NCBI GenBank assembly: GCA_028023455.1
Contig: JAQFVV010000008.1
Coordinates: forward strand, 8,494,001-8,558,000
Length of the DNA stretch: 64,000 bases
Direction: 5' to 3'
Origin: Epiperipatus broadwayi
Taxonomy: Eukaryota; Animalia; Onychophora
In this document: one piece after another, positions 52,162 to 64,000 of the stretch
How the letters are laid out: each line of letters opens with the position of its first letter
Numbering within the stretch: the stretch's first letter is position 1
The notes under the pieces: generated by a model
What the model was told of the DNA's origin: nothing
Databases searched by the model: none
What the model saw: the letters and a program-made list of their open reading frames with translations, nothing else
Translations under genes and position numbers: made by a program

Positions 52162-53211
52162 CAAGGGCGGGGGACCTTTTTTTTTTTTTTTTCCAAGCAT
52201 CATTTGGATATTTCGAATCTCATTTGTGGGCTATACAAAATTATTGACTTATTTGATCAAAAATTTAATTATTTTATCTCTAATCATTAATGCTGGACAA
52301 CTTTTTAACTGGCAGGCAATTTCTATTTTCCCCTTTTAAATGAAGGCCATAATTTTTTTGTGAATTAAAAATAAAGTAACATCATTATTATTAATTACTG
52401 ATCCACATTTAATTACAGTTTTTCCAATTCCTTTGAACTTATCTTCATGATATATATTCTTAATTTTTTTTTTATATTCTGGACATATTAATCCTACAAC
52501 AGCTAGGATGCAGTCTCCTATAAATTCCCCTTCAGAAAATGGTTTCAAATATTCTGCTTAAAAAAAAAAAAAAAAACTTGCCCTCACAAAATTTTCTGAT
52601 TTGTGTAACATATCAACTATACTTGACGAAGCTTCTGTTTTCAAGTTTTCTATTTTAATATTTCTTCCTTAATAATTTTGTTATAGTCAGAATGTTAGAT
52701 AAATAGTGTCTCTTAATTTGTTCTTTATTAACTGAAATATTTTTCAGACATATCATGCACATTGATTTACTATTACTTTCTATAAATAAAAATATGCATT
52801 GTTCCATTTCTTTTCAAATGTGCAATTTTCTGTGTCATTTTTTACCATATTCCTATAGTCATCCTAAGAAAAAAAATTAAATGCAAAATAACAATAATAA
52901 AATGAAATAAAATTCAAGTTTTATTTTTGCTAGTTATATATCTGCAAAAATCACTACAAAAAGCAAACAAAATGCTCTTAGCTTTATAGATTAAATCCAT
53001 AGTCAGATAGACCACACGATATAAATAATTTATTAGAATAATTCATTTCTGATAGAATAAAGTAGAATTATTATTAAGATTGGAGAGAGAAAAAAATATA
53101 GTTGATATTACTTAACTCTTAAATCAATATATATGTTTGGAAAATGTCAGGGTTGAATTGAGTGCTTTCGAGTCTGGACTTGGCCTATGGGCCAAAAATT
53201 CTCCACTACAG
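52162..53211 (-). mobile_element. Internally deleted Buster/Charlie-type hAT element with transposase N-terminal fragment
   Basis: Left end CAAGGGCGGGGGACC; ORF 52336-52548 KPFSEGEFIGDCILAVVGLICPE; degenerate GGCC..GGGCC right end at ~53182-53211; flanks ttttaata / cggtaata (degraded TSD). Confidence 0.7.
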
Positions 53212-53640
53212 CGGTAATATAGTATTTTTGTCACAAAAAAGTTATAATTGCAGTTTAACTGAAATGCATGGCCTATTTTTATAGTAGTTTTCTCTATCTT
53301 TCCTAAATAAATTAGTCGTGTGCAATAATCATTTTTAATAAAATAAAATCAGTTCAAAAATTAAAAAAAGATTGTTTTCAGCATTTCTTTTTGCTATTGT
53401 CATTATTATTCTTTTTATAATTAAGAAATTTTAATATGTTGTAATAAAAATTATTTTAATTTATTAAAATATTATTTGTTTCATCTTATGATTTTGCTGA
53501 CTATTCTAAATTTGATGGAATATATAGATAATTACAAGGATATTCCTGTTATATTCTTGCATGGTATCTAACATGGAAAAGAATTATATTTTCTTTTGAT
53601 AATGCTCGAGATATATTTAATAAATATTTACATTTAAAAG

Positions 53641-55092
53641 AAGTTATACAATAGTCAAATATGTTTAAAAATACATATATACAAGCAACAAAGATTACAA
53701 ATTATAAAATTATTATAAAAAAGCCTTTTTCGGCAAATTGTTTTTTGCCCTTTTCAATATGTCTCCATGATTTAAAGCATATACAGCGACATCTATATCA
53801 ATACATGAGTGAAGACAGATAAACAAATGGATATCAGACACGATCTATTATGTGATTTTTTCCTCAATTCTACTACAAAATTACTGTTATATATATTGAA
53901 TGGATATACATCCACATATATTAATTAATTAACTATCCATTCTTTATCCATTAACCACTTATTATTTAACTTAATGGATGTTTTGTATATATTCATACAG
54001 TTGTTTTTATTATACATGATGTAGTTTGTTTCATATATTTTACGTCTATTAACATTTTTAATATAATCAAGAACACTTATATTATCAATACAATTTATTT
54101 TATGTCCGTACTGCAAATAATGAACATATAATGCAGATCTATCATCTTTCCTAGCAATAGCATCATTGTGTTCTTTAGCTCTTTCTCCCAATTGCTTTGA
54201 CGTCTGGCCACAGTAAACCATATTACAAAAATTACATCTAATTTTATAAACCATTCCTCTCTTATATTTTATATCATCTTTCATCCTACAATTAGTTATC
54301 AATTTATCCAAATTTTTGCTATTAGCCCATCCCACGTTAATGTTTTTATCTATATAATTTTTATCCACTTCTTTTGTTTATTAGTCCTACATCTATTATT
54401 ATTCGTGCTATTTACTCTATGTTGTGAAAATATATTGTCAATACTACGCGCTGCATATCCATATCCCATATATGTTTGTTTAAAATTAGATGTAATTTTT
54501 GTAATATGGCTTACTATGGCCAGACGTCAAAACAATTGGGAGAAAGAGCTAAAGAACACAATGATGCTATTGCTAGGAAAGATGATAGATCTGCATTATA
54601 TGTTCATTATTTGCAGTACGGACATAAAATAAATTGTATTGATAATATAAGTGTTCTTGATTATATTAAAAATGTTAATAGACATAAAATACATGAAACA
54701 AACTACATCATGTATAATAAAAACAACTGTATGAATATATACAAAACATCCATTAAGTTAAATAATAAGTGGTTAATGGATAAAGAATGGATAGTTAATT
54801 AATTAATATATGTGGATACATATCCATTCAATATATATAACAGAGTAATTTTGGAGTAGAATTGAGGAAAAAAATCACATAATAGATCGTGTCAGATATC
54901 CATTTGTTTATATGTCTTCTCTCATGTATTGATAAAGATGTCGCTGTATATGCTTTAAATCGTGGAGACATATTGAAAAGGGCAAAAAAACATAATTTGC
55001 CGAAAAAGGCTTTTTTATAATAATTTTATAATTTGTAATCTTTGTTGCTTGTATATATGTATTTTTAAACATATTTGACTATTGTATACTTG
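53641..55092. mobile_element. Penelope-like element, 5'-truncated with inverted duplication (1.45-kb palindrome, GIY-YIG in both arms)
   Basis: ORFs 53925-54368 (-) and 54476-54802 (+) are near-identical GIY-YIG domains (YKIRCNFCNMVYCGQTS...KEH...VH...GH). Arms at 53641-54250 and 54478-55092; the spacer continues the minus-strand ORF upstream. Confidence 0.95.
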
Positions 55093-55199
55093 AAGTGCAA
55101 CATAAAAAAAGAATTGGTTTTAATTCTGATTCTTTTCTGTATAGTAAAAGAAGTTATATAAATTAGCCTGTATTAAAATACTTGATGTATTTAACTAAT

Positions 55200-55760
55200 A
55201 TAAAATAATTGAAATGCAGACACTAATCTTTCCATTTATCAACATCATTTTCAATCACTATTGATATACTGAAGGATGAAGGTCTTTTCAAGTTTAATCC
55301 AGTTTCTTTTATCCCTAGTCTCTTCACAACACATAAGCAAACTTCCTTATTTCATCCATCCATCTCACATGTTTTCTTTCTAAGTCTTTTACAATCTTTT
55401 GGTAACACGTTTAAGATTTTAACTATCCACCTATTATCAACTCTTCTTTCAATGTATCCAGCTCAGCTCCACTTCAGTTTAATTCTTTCAATGATATCAG
55501 TGATACCTATTTGTTTTCTTAACTGTGTATTTCAATTCCAATCTCTTTTTATTAATTCTAAAATACATATTTCCATAATTGATTGGAGTGTTTAAAGTGT
55601 CTATATTGCTCTTCAGTTAAGTGTTCAAGCCTCAGATCCATAAGTAAAAACTGGTAAAATATATTTATTAAAAATCTTTATTTTTAAACACATAGCATAG
55701 TTTCATTTTAATATTATTTATACCAAAAGCATTCAATCCAAGTTCACTTTCCATTACAAT
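55200..55760 (-). mobile_element. RTE LINE 3' fragment, same family as 2598-3620
   Basis: Direct nucleotide similarity, e.g. tcagatccataagtaaaaactggtaaaa and tttcatccatccatctcacatg. Confidence 0.85.
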
Positions 55761-58130
55761 ATATTATATATATTATTATTGACTATGAATAATGGTTTTT
55801 TTTTAAAACGTCAATCAAAAATATTTATATGAAATTAATGAAAATTTCAAGAGGCAAACATTAAAAAATGATTCAATTTCTTCAAAATGATTTTCATTGA
55901 TTTTAGACAAAGTTGTATATTAAAAAATATCAGCCTTTTAGATATTAGTGATTATGTAAGTAATCTTAGACTTGTAAAGATGGAATTATTTTTGCAATAA
56001 TATCTGATAATTTAAAATAAAGTATTCCTAAAGGGTATTTAATCAGTTTGAAAAAATAAGTTTATTATAGCATTATCAGATATTTAAAGGAATTATAGTT
56101 AATGAAAATAAAATGAAGAGGTGAATAATGGTTTATTTAGATCAGATAACTTTATATAAAGCTAATAAAATAAATATATAGAATTAAAATAGTGTGGAAT
56201 ATATTTGATAGATTTAATATTATATTTTCATCTCATAAAAAAACAACAACTTTTAATTAATATGATTTACACAAAGGAATATGAAAAGAAATATGAATTG
56301 AACATAATGAGAATTGGGGAAAAAAAAATTAATGATTTGGAAATATAGCAAAAAGACATAAACTAGGATAATTCTTAAGTAGGTACCAAAAATGTGATGA
56401 CAGATATAAGAAAGTTTATTGGATAAAGAAAAAAAAATCTTGGTATAGACCATTTAAGCAGAAATACTAGAGAGAAATATGCTCTGCAACGGATTGTCTA
56501 ATAGTTAATGAAGAGTGAGTAACTGCTAATCAAAATCTAAATGACTAAATATTGCTGTAATTTAAATAATAATTAATGATTTAAATTTAATAAAGATGGT
56601 CAAATTGTAAATTTTATTTATGTATACTAATTACCTTGGTAGTTTGTTTTATTTTTTATTTCTAAATTTTATTATTATCTATTGTTTAATTTAACAACAA
56701 AAATATGATCATCCTTACATAATTTTTTTTTACTGTATATCTCTTGGTATATGCATATATGTATTCAATATATATTACAAATCCAATGTGATAATGGCTT
56801 TTATTTTTTTAATAGAACCGTCAAACAAATCATTCTATGAAGATTTCTTGTGATCATCCCAGTTAATTCCAGACAAACTAATCTCAGAAAAGACCACCTA
56901 CAATCGCTAAGTTTCTTCATTTTTACTTTTCAAAGCAACTCCTCCTCTTAATGCCCGAATCCAGCAGTGAACTTAAAAACAACATTAAATAATTGTATAT
57001 GGAAAATTTTCTGAATTAACATAAGCTTTCTCTCTTCACCAGTATTTTTTTAAATAATAGAATATTTTTAATAAAATTGTTCTAAAAAAATATTTTTTTT
57101 TGTAACCCAACAATAAAAGCTTCTGCATTGTTATAATTCTAAATGAGGTAATTACAGAGTCTTTATGATTAAACTGCAAGAGTGTATTATTCATATACTA
57201 GTTGGATAAACTTCCCACTACTCCAATTTAATGCTTACTTGACCACAAGTTCTAAATAAAATGCAAGTTAGAATTTAAATAGAAATTGGTTTCATCTTAA
57301 AAGTAATAAAAAAAATAATAAAGAAAAACCAGTTTTGTCAAATAATATATTAATTAAATAAACGTTTTGTAAGAATTTTATAAGTAGTAAAAAATAGAAA
57401 AACTAATATTGTGATACAATAGTTTAAGCATATTTCTTTATATGATGTCAAGCAAAAATTTTTTAAAAGATTTGTATTATTAATTAAAAATATTTACTTT
57501 TAATGATTAAGCATTATAAAGATTATGGATGTTTCTTTCAGAGAGAAGATCAAGATTGCTAGAAAACTAAGATCAAACTCACTTGGTCATTCTGTCATTG
57601 CTTATTATCTCTTTGATTTAATTTGTCATCATCATTGCTAATTGTCATTGCAAACGATTGTGGCTATTCTAACTTCACAAAAAAAAAAAAAAAAAATAGA
57701 GCTAAAATTGAGTTTTGCAAATACTATTTATATTAATTTGTGAATAGCAAGCTTATAATTTTGAGATGTTGGTCCTTTAATCTGTTTAATATTTTGTGAT
57801 ATCTTTTACTCTTTCTAAACTTTTATTTATTCATTATGAATGACTTTACACCTTGCCTAATAATAGTTCTCCATTGTAATCATTCTGAAGCCATTTCTAT
57901 ACAATTGTAGATTCAATATCATCATATTCACCCATGCTAACTCAAGTAAAATGAGGGGCACATATTTCTTAAAATAAGTATTGTTTTCGAATTTAAGATA
58001 ATTGTAGCAGACTATACTATTTCAATAAAAGTGCTTATTTATATAACATAATACAAATATTTGGTTAATTAGTATTCCTTGAGTTTATTGTTTAAAGATG
58101 AGTTCTGCTTAGACAACAATATATTTAGAC

Positions 58131-58497
58131 CAGGGGTCCCCAACCCTATGCCCGCGGGCACTATGGCGCCCGCAGCCACTTTATGTGTGCCCCCCACTAT
58201 CCGAACACGATAAAAAATTATTTATCTGATACAAATAAATTTAATTTTTAAAATTTCTTATAAATTATTGTATTATATTGTAATCAAATTGTAGGGCATA
58301 CTATACTTTTACAGCATAAAAATATAAACATTAATTATATGTTAAAATTTTATTTTTGAAATAAATATTTTTTTGTACATTATGTGTATTATTAACAATA
58401 TCCAATTATAAATTTATATTAAAAAAATAAATGGTGCTCGCCACCTGGCCGGTATTATAGAATGTGCTCTTAAGTGCAAAAAGGTTAAGGACCCCTG
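58131..58497. mobile_element. hAT (Charlie-type) MITE, 367 bp
   Basis: TIR CAGGGGTCCCCAACC / CAGGGGTCCTTAACC and perfect 8-bp TSD ATTTAGAC (58123-30, 58498-505). Confidence 0.92.
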
Positions 58498-59099
58498 ATT
58501 TAGACTATACTTTAGATAGAATATAAACAAAATTCTTTTAATTTTGGTTAACTAATTTATGTCTATATGTAATCATTTGCTGGGAAAAGCATATTAAATA
58601 ATTATTGAAGACAGGATGGTTTTATATTTATTGATAAGTATAACTTCTACTACATTTGTGCATATTTTAAAATTATTTTTTTCTTCTTTTTTTATCTTAT
58701 AGTATTATGAATATTGTGTTATTATAAAAATATTAAATTCAATAAATCTTATATCAAAAGTTCTTTAAAACACATATCTTTAAATTATTTCAGACTTATT
58801 AGGAAAATGCGAAAATTTGTTAAAAAAAAACTCAATTCATTAAAAAGCCTTCAAATTAGCCAATGACAAATTGATACAGTTTTTGATATATATCCTAAAG
58901 GCTGTTTTAAAGTAAATGTTTATTGTGCATAGTAAGATATAATTGTAAAACAAATTCACAAGCATTTCAAAGGATTAAATAAAAGTTAACATATGTTCTT
59001 TGTTCTGATGATCCCTAAAGACCAGTCAGATAGCAATAATAAATTAAACAGAATACAAAGAACAATTTATATTATAATGTTTATTAATATTAAATAAAA

Positions 59100-59890
59100 T
59101 AGACATTGAACTAGAAAACATTTAGATTATGTGCTCAATTCACCAGCATAACAATAAGAATAATAAGCATAACCACTATATTAATTCCTTGAGTGTGATT
59201 TGACGGAGTTCTAAAATTTTACATTTTCTTTGGAACCATTTTTCAAACCTTTAAATGCTGCTTCTTCTGCATTTGCACTTTGAAATGACTCCAACACTTT
59301 CAATCTCATTGCTGTTCAGGAGTAGTCCTTCTATATCTTTATATCAGATTTTTCGAGCATCCTAATTTATACACACGTTTTTTCATGTGTTTATTGGCAG
59401 CACTCTTTTTGTTAATTTTCTAGAGTGATTTTAGGGAGTAATTGTGCTGAATTATATATGTGCAGACATTCCATTCCTCCCCATCTCTAGAAAATCACAG
59501 ACTTACTAGCAGATGTAATCTTCCAATTTAACAAGCAGTCAACAAATTCATGGAGTTCTAAAAGTTATTCTCTTGCTTTCATCTATTAGAATAGTTAAAC
59601 CTTGTTGTTTATGTACAACTTCTAAATCTAGATCATTATCTGGATCATTCAATAATGGATCCCTTTTTAATATCTTATCTTCAAACACTTTATTTTGATG
59701 AATGTCTGGCACAATGTTATTATAACGATCGCAAAAGTAATCCCCCCTCCCCATTGTGTAAATTTTACTAGTTTTACTTGCTTCGATAATACTTTCTCAT
59801 TATTACACCAGCCATCCATTTACATTTTAATAGCAAGTATATTTTCACGTACCAAAATTTGTCAAATTTTGATTTCTATGGCTTTTATTA
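59100..59890 (-). mobile_element. Unassigned transposase-like remnant, possibly Mutator/SWIM
   Basis: Frameshifted IC**VCDFLEMGRNGMSAHI at ~59450-59520 resembles a SWIM CxC..CxH motif. ORF 59548-59754 is protein-like. Confidence 0.3.
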
Positions 59891-60338
59891 GTAGTAAGTA
59901 ATAGTTTGGTAAAATGAGTGTGAAAAGAGTGACACATCAATAATTCTGCTGGAGTCTTATTTGTCATGGTGCTAGGCATAAAGTAATGATTGTACACTTC
60001 TACTAAAGCTTCCAATACCTTCATTTTCTTTTCAACATATTTTTAAATATTGTACAGCTTTCTCTGCAATTCCATTATTTTCAGGGTGATATGGTGGAAA
60101 AAGAATATGTTCAATTCCTTTATTCTGCAAAAATTGCTTAAACTTTTGCAATGTGAAACTGTACTATTATCTGTCACTATCAGCTCTAGGAATCCATGCA
60201 TAGCAAATGTTTCATTCAATGCTATTATTATGCAATCCGTACTTGTACTTTTCACTAACTTATATTCAGTCCTGTGTGAATAGGCATCTACCAATATTAA
60301 GATAATATATCCATTTAATGACCCAGTATAGTCTAAAT

Positions 60339-63275
60339 CAGGGATACTCAACCTTTTTCTTTCCTGGGCCACATATATTTGTGTGTTACACCAAGCGGGC
60401 CATGACAACCAATTGGTGTCACATAAAAAAAATGTCTGACTTCTCAATTCATGTATGCCGTAATAAAATGCAAACACTTTTATTTGATATAAACATTTAT
60501 TTAAATATCAGTGTAATTTTTGATATTGAGATACACTTTTTAAACAATTTTAGATAATCTGGTTTATATGTGCTACATGCTACTCTTAATATATCATCAA
60601 GGTGTAAATCAGTAAGTCTGTTTGCACATTCTTCACATATTTCATTTTCGAATAAGATGATTCTCAAAGATATATTGATGCAAATAATGTAAGCAACATT
60701 TATGCACATTTTTTGACAGTTTTATATTTTTCAGGACTAATTTCCAAAATTCCATATAATCCTTTCCCTCCCCTTTCTCTTTAAAAATGGCTTCCAAATT
60801 TCTGTCATTTTTAAATGCAACAAATTCGTTAAATAGCTTAACATATTCATGTCCAAATGCAGTTAATTGTGTAATAATTGCTATTTCTAAGTGCCAGGGA
60901 TTTTCTATAAGCAAAAGACAATTCTTAATATTTCTTAAATCTTGAAATCTACTTTTAAATTCTTTCAATAAGGTACCTAAATAATTTAAAATAATTGCAT
61001 AAGTTTCTGAAGAAATGTCAATACCATCTTGCTTAGCATTTGTTAACGTTGGAAAATGATGTAGTATTTGGTTTTGTATATCATGGCAATAAATATTTAG
61101 TTTTTCTTCAAAAGCAAATACTTTATTTGTCATTTGTGAAATAATTTTATTTTCACCTTGCAAACTAATATTAAGATCACAAAGTTTTTCTGTGATGTCA
61201 CATAAAAAAGCTAAAAGACACCACTATCAAGCTCATTATAAGTTTTATTGTTTTCTTGTAAAAATGAAATAATTTCATGACGTAATAAAAAAAAAGCGAT
61301 TCAAAACTTTACCTCTGCTTAGCCATCGTACCAAAGTATGCAAAAACTACATCACCATAATTACTATTTATTTCTTCCAAAAGATTTTAAAATTTTCTGT
61401 GGTTTAATTCTCAGATTCGAATATAATTCACAATGTTTATGATGGTTTTCATTACACCTATTTCTTTAATGAATTTATGTGTCCACCCCCCACCCCCAAG
61501 TTTTCTTGGTGAATTAAACAATAAAATGATAAAAGATTTGTTAGATTATATTTCTTTTTTAATAGGGAAACAAATCCCTTTTTGGATCCAATCATTGAAG
61601 GACATCCATCAGTGCACATAGAAACAAATTTTTTTATTTCAATATTCTTCTTCTCCAGAAAAGTACAAATACTATTGAGAAAATCACTACCTCTAGTTTG
61701 ATTCTTCATAGGAAGAAATTTCAAAAAATCTTCACAAATTAAATTCTGTTCCGAAATAGCACATTGTGATGTTGCTGAAATGTCAGTATTAGAATTAACA
61801 GCCAAACTAAAATATTTGCAGTTTTTCAAATCTTCTATTATATTCTCAAAAATATGTTTTGCAATATCTTCAATACATCTAAAGCAGGTAGAATCTGATG
61901 GTTGTAATTTCTTAATTTGTAATATTTGACTTTTATTATTAAATTTATCAAATAATATATTCGAAGCATTTAGGAAACATTCTTTCACAACATCAGCATC
62001 GGTAAACAGTTTCATATTTTTGCCAAGTATATAACAAATTTCATATGATGCTCGTGTCACCACTACTTCTTGTGAGATTGCCACTGACCTAACATTCTGT
62101 TGTTGTTGCAATGATTTCTTGAAGAAAGCTACTTTTTCACTTCTTATTAAAGACCCATGAGCAAAAGTGACATTAAACAATTTATGTTTCATATTGTAAT
62201 GACGATCATATTATATTTTTTTAATGTGACACTTTCTTGACAAATCAAACACGTTGCTGAACCTTTGTTATTCAACGCAACAAAATATTCGTCTTCCCAG
62301 TTGTCTTGAAACATTCTATTTTCATCTGATAATATTCGTTTGTTGCTTGAAGACATCATTATGATGTTTAAATTATAGTTTGATATAAAATACTACGCGT
62401 CTATGTGTATACTAATTCACGTATAAAACTAAAATGTTTCACTTAGCTTTGAAAAACACGGACTATTGATCGAATTAAAGTTTCAAATGTCTGATTGGTC
62501 AATTATACAATCTGCAGTAAATGTATTTGTCTTTTTAAAATTATATTTGTTTTAGTTTAGTATCTAAAATGGAAATTTATTTGTCTGATTTCAGAAAGGT
62601 TTTAAAAAAAGAAATTTCTATTTATAATTGATGATAATAATCTAACACTGTCAAATTATAATAAATGCTTATCATCCAATTATAAATTCCAGAAGTAATT
62701 CATTGAATTCCTTATCAATATGTTTTAGTATGAAAGTACATTTGTTGACTAAAATCTGAGAAACAAACAAGTGGGGTAAAAAAAAAAAAGCTTAGTAAAT
62801 TATGTTTTCGTTTTCGAATTCAAAATATAGAAATACAACTGTCGAAGTCATGGATTGGCATTCCCTTGTGAAGAAAAAACAATCAGAAGCTTGAAAAGAC
62901 AGATTTATGTCATTATTATACCATTAAATTTAAATATTTACTGATTTTTTCCCTTGCAAAAAAAAATAAAATAAAATACTGGAGGTGCTAAAATCAGCGA
63001 AATAATGCTAAAGATAGCAGACTGAGAGCGAGTACAAGTCATATATGAAGATACTTGGCCATTTCTGATACAGATTTGGCAGGTTCTTCAGTTCTGTGAA
63101 ATTAAAAAAAAACATAACATTATTAGTGTGTCAATAAAAAATATCAATCGCACATGGTTATTCATTAATTAAGAAGAGTGTTGTCACATCTGTTGATTAT
63201 CAGTCTATTGCTGGGCCACAGATAAAAGCTTGGCAGGCCGCATGTGGACCAGGGGCTGCAGGTTGAGTATCACTG
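60339..63275 (-). mobile_element. Buster/Charlie-type hAT DNA transposon with both TIRs, 2937 bp
   Basis: TIR CAGGGATACTCAACCT / CAGTGATACTCAACCT (15/16) and perfect 8-bp TSD GTCTAAAT (60331-38, 63276-83). Confidence 0.95.
60570..62362 (-). pseudogene. Disrupted hAT transposase (GTF2IRD2/ZBED-like)
   Basis: ORFs 61458-62192 (KYFSLAVNSNTDIS; CTDGCPSMIGSKKG; YCLIHQE) and 60642-61163; N-terminal TCLICQE..RHY Zn-finger. First catalytic DESTD reads NSNTD; frameshifts and an internal deletion are present. Confidence 0.9.
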
Positions 63276-64000
63276 GTCTAAATGAATGAGTCCATAGAAT
63301 CATTCAATGTTTCTTATTGTTTAGATGCCAATTTAGCAGTTTATTGAAAATTAGAGCATTTTTTAAACCATGTCCTCAATGTTGCTTGTCAAATTTTGTC
63401 ATTATACATATGATTGAGCCAAAACTTTCATCCTGACAATTTCAGGATTGCAAATTGAAAGACCATCTTGTGCATTTCAGATTACTTTATTAACTCCTAT
63501 AAGACATGTCTTTGGCCAGCCAAATTTGATCCTCATCATAACTTGAGCATATCCTTCATCATGCCTGAACCACCCGGCTATAACTGCATTGTTTATATTT
63601 TCAGAGTTCATCAAGTTTATGTAATTTATTTCTTTGATTACATATTATTTTCTTTATTGTCAGATAATTGGGATAGAACATCTGCATATCCACTCAGCTA
63701 TAACTGCATTGTTTATACTTTTGGAGTTCATTGGCTTTATGTAAGTTATTTCTTTAATTACATATTATTTTGTTTATTGTCAGATAATTAGGACAGAACA
63801 TCCGAATGTTCAATTTTTTTTTCCAGATTTATAAACTAACTCATAATTATAACTAGACAAAAATTTATCCAACATAGCATTCGTTGGCTCATATGTTCCA
63901 GAACTTTTTTTGATGTACCAAAAATAACTGATAGAGGGGCAATGGTCTGTGCAAATTTGAAATCTCCACCCATAAATGTATTAGTGGAACTTCTTGATTG

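Larger units (their letters stand above)
59890..64000 (-). mobile_element. Gypsy-type integrase region split by a hAT insertion
   Basis: 60043-60330 LILVDAYSH...HGFLELIVTDNST; ~59950-60060 AEKAVQ...TPAELL; 63290-63460 PEIVRMKVLAQSYV...NIEDMV continues on the other side of the hAT. Confidence 0.85.

Noticed and set aside
56800-56990. Host exon in a GC-richer patch
   Set aside because: Every frame read on either strand has stops; at most a hAT C-terminal remnant.
1-64000. Most short ORFs in the six-frame track (F/I/L/K/Y-rich, 60-110 aa)
   Set aside because: Their composition reflects AT-rich non-coding DNA or the antisense of TE ORFs; no motifs or splice support.
1-64000. CRISPR array, rRNA or prokaryotic operon
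   Set aside because: No regularly spaced repeat-spacer pattern, no rRNA motifs, very low coding density, and a spliceosomal intron is present.

Overview
Strongly AT-rich, CpG-poor eukaryotic (animal-type) genomic DNA made up mostly of transposon debris. It contains degenerate RTE-type LINEs, three Gypsy-type LTR remnants, a solo LTR with a perfect TSD, several Buster/Charlie-type hAT elements (one ~2.9 kb copy nested in a Gypsy integrase), a Merlin-like MITE, two copies of a short Pol III SINE, and Penelope-like elements (PLEs). The only convincing host gene signal is a pair of minus-strand exons at 31.1-31.6 kb (KEN and DSGxG motifs, possibly Cdc25-like) beside a CpG-retaining promoter-like region. 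The most striking signal is a set of short non-coding elements carrying minimal type-I hammerhead ribozymes, both canonical CUGANGA and U3:A8 variants UUGARAA. Most occur as inverted or partial-tandem structures like the GIY-YIG PLE palindrome at 53.6-55.1 kb, which suggests a multi-family set of PLE-mobilised, retrozyme-like elements that generate long hairpins. No prokaryotic features, CRISPR arrays or rRNA were found. All calls were made by eye; no alignments, folding or database searches were run.
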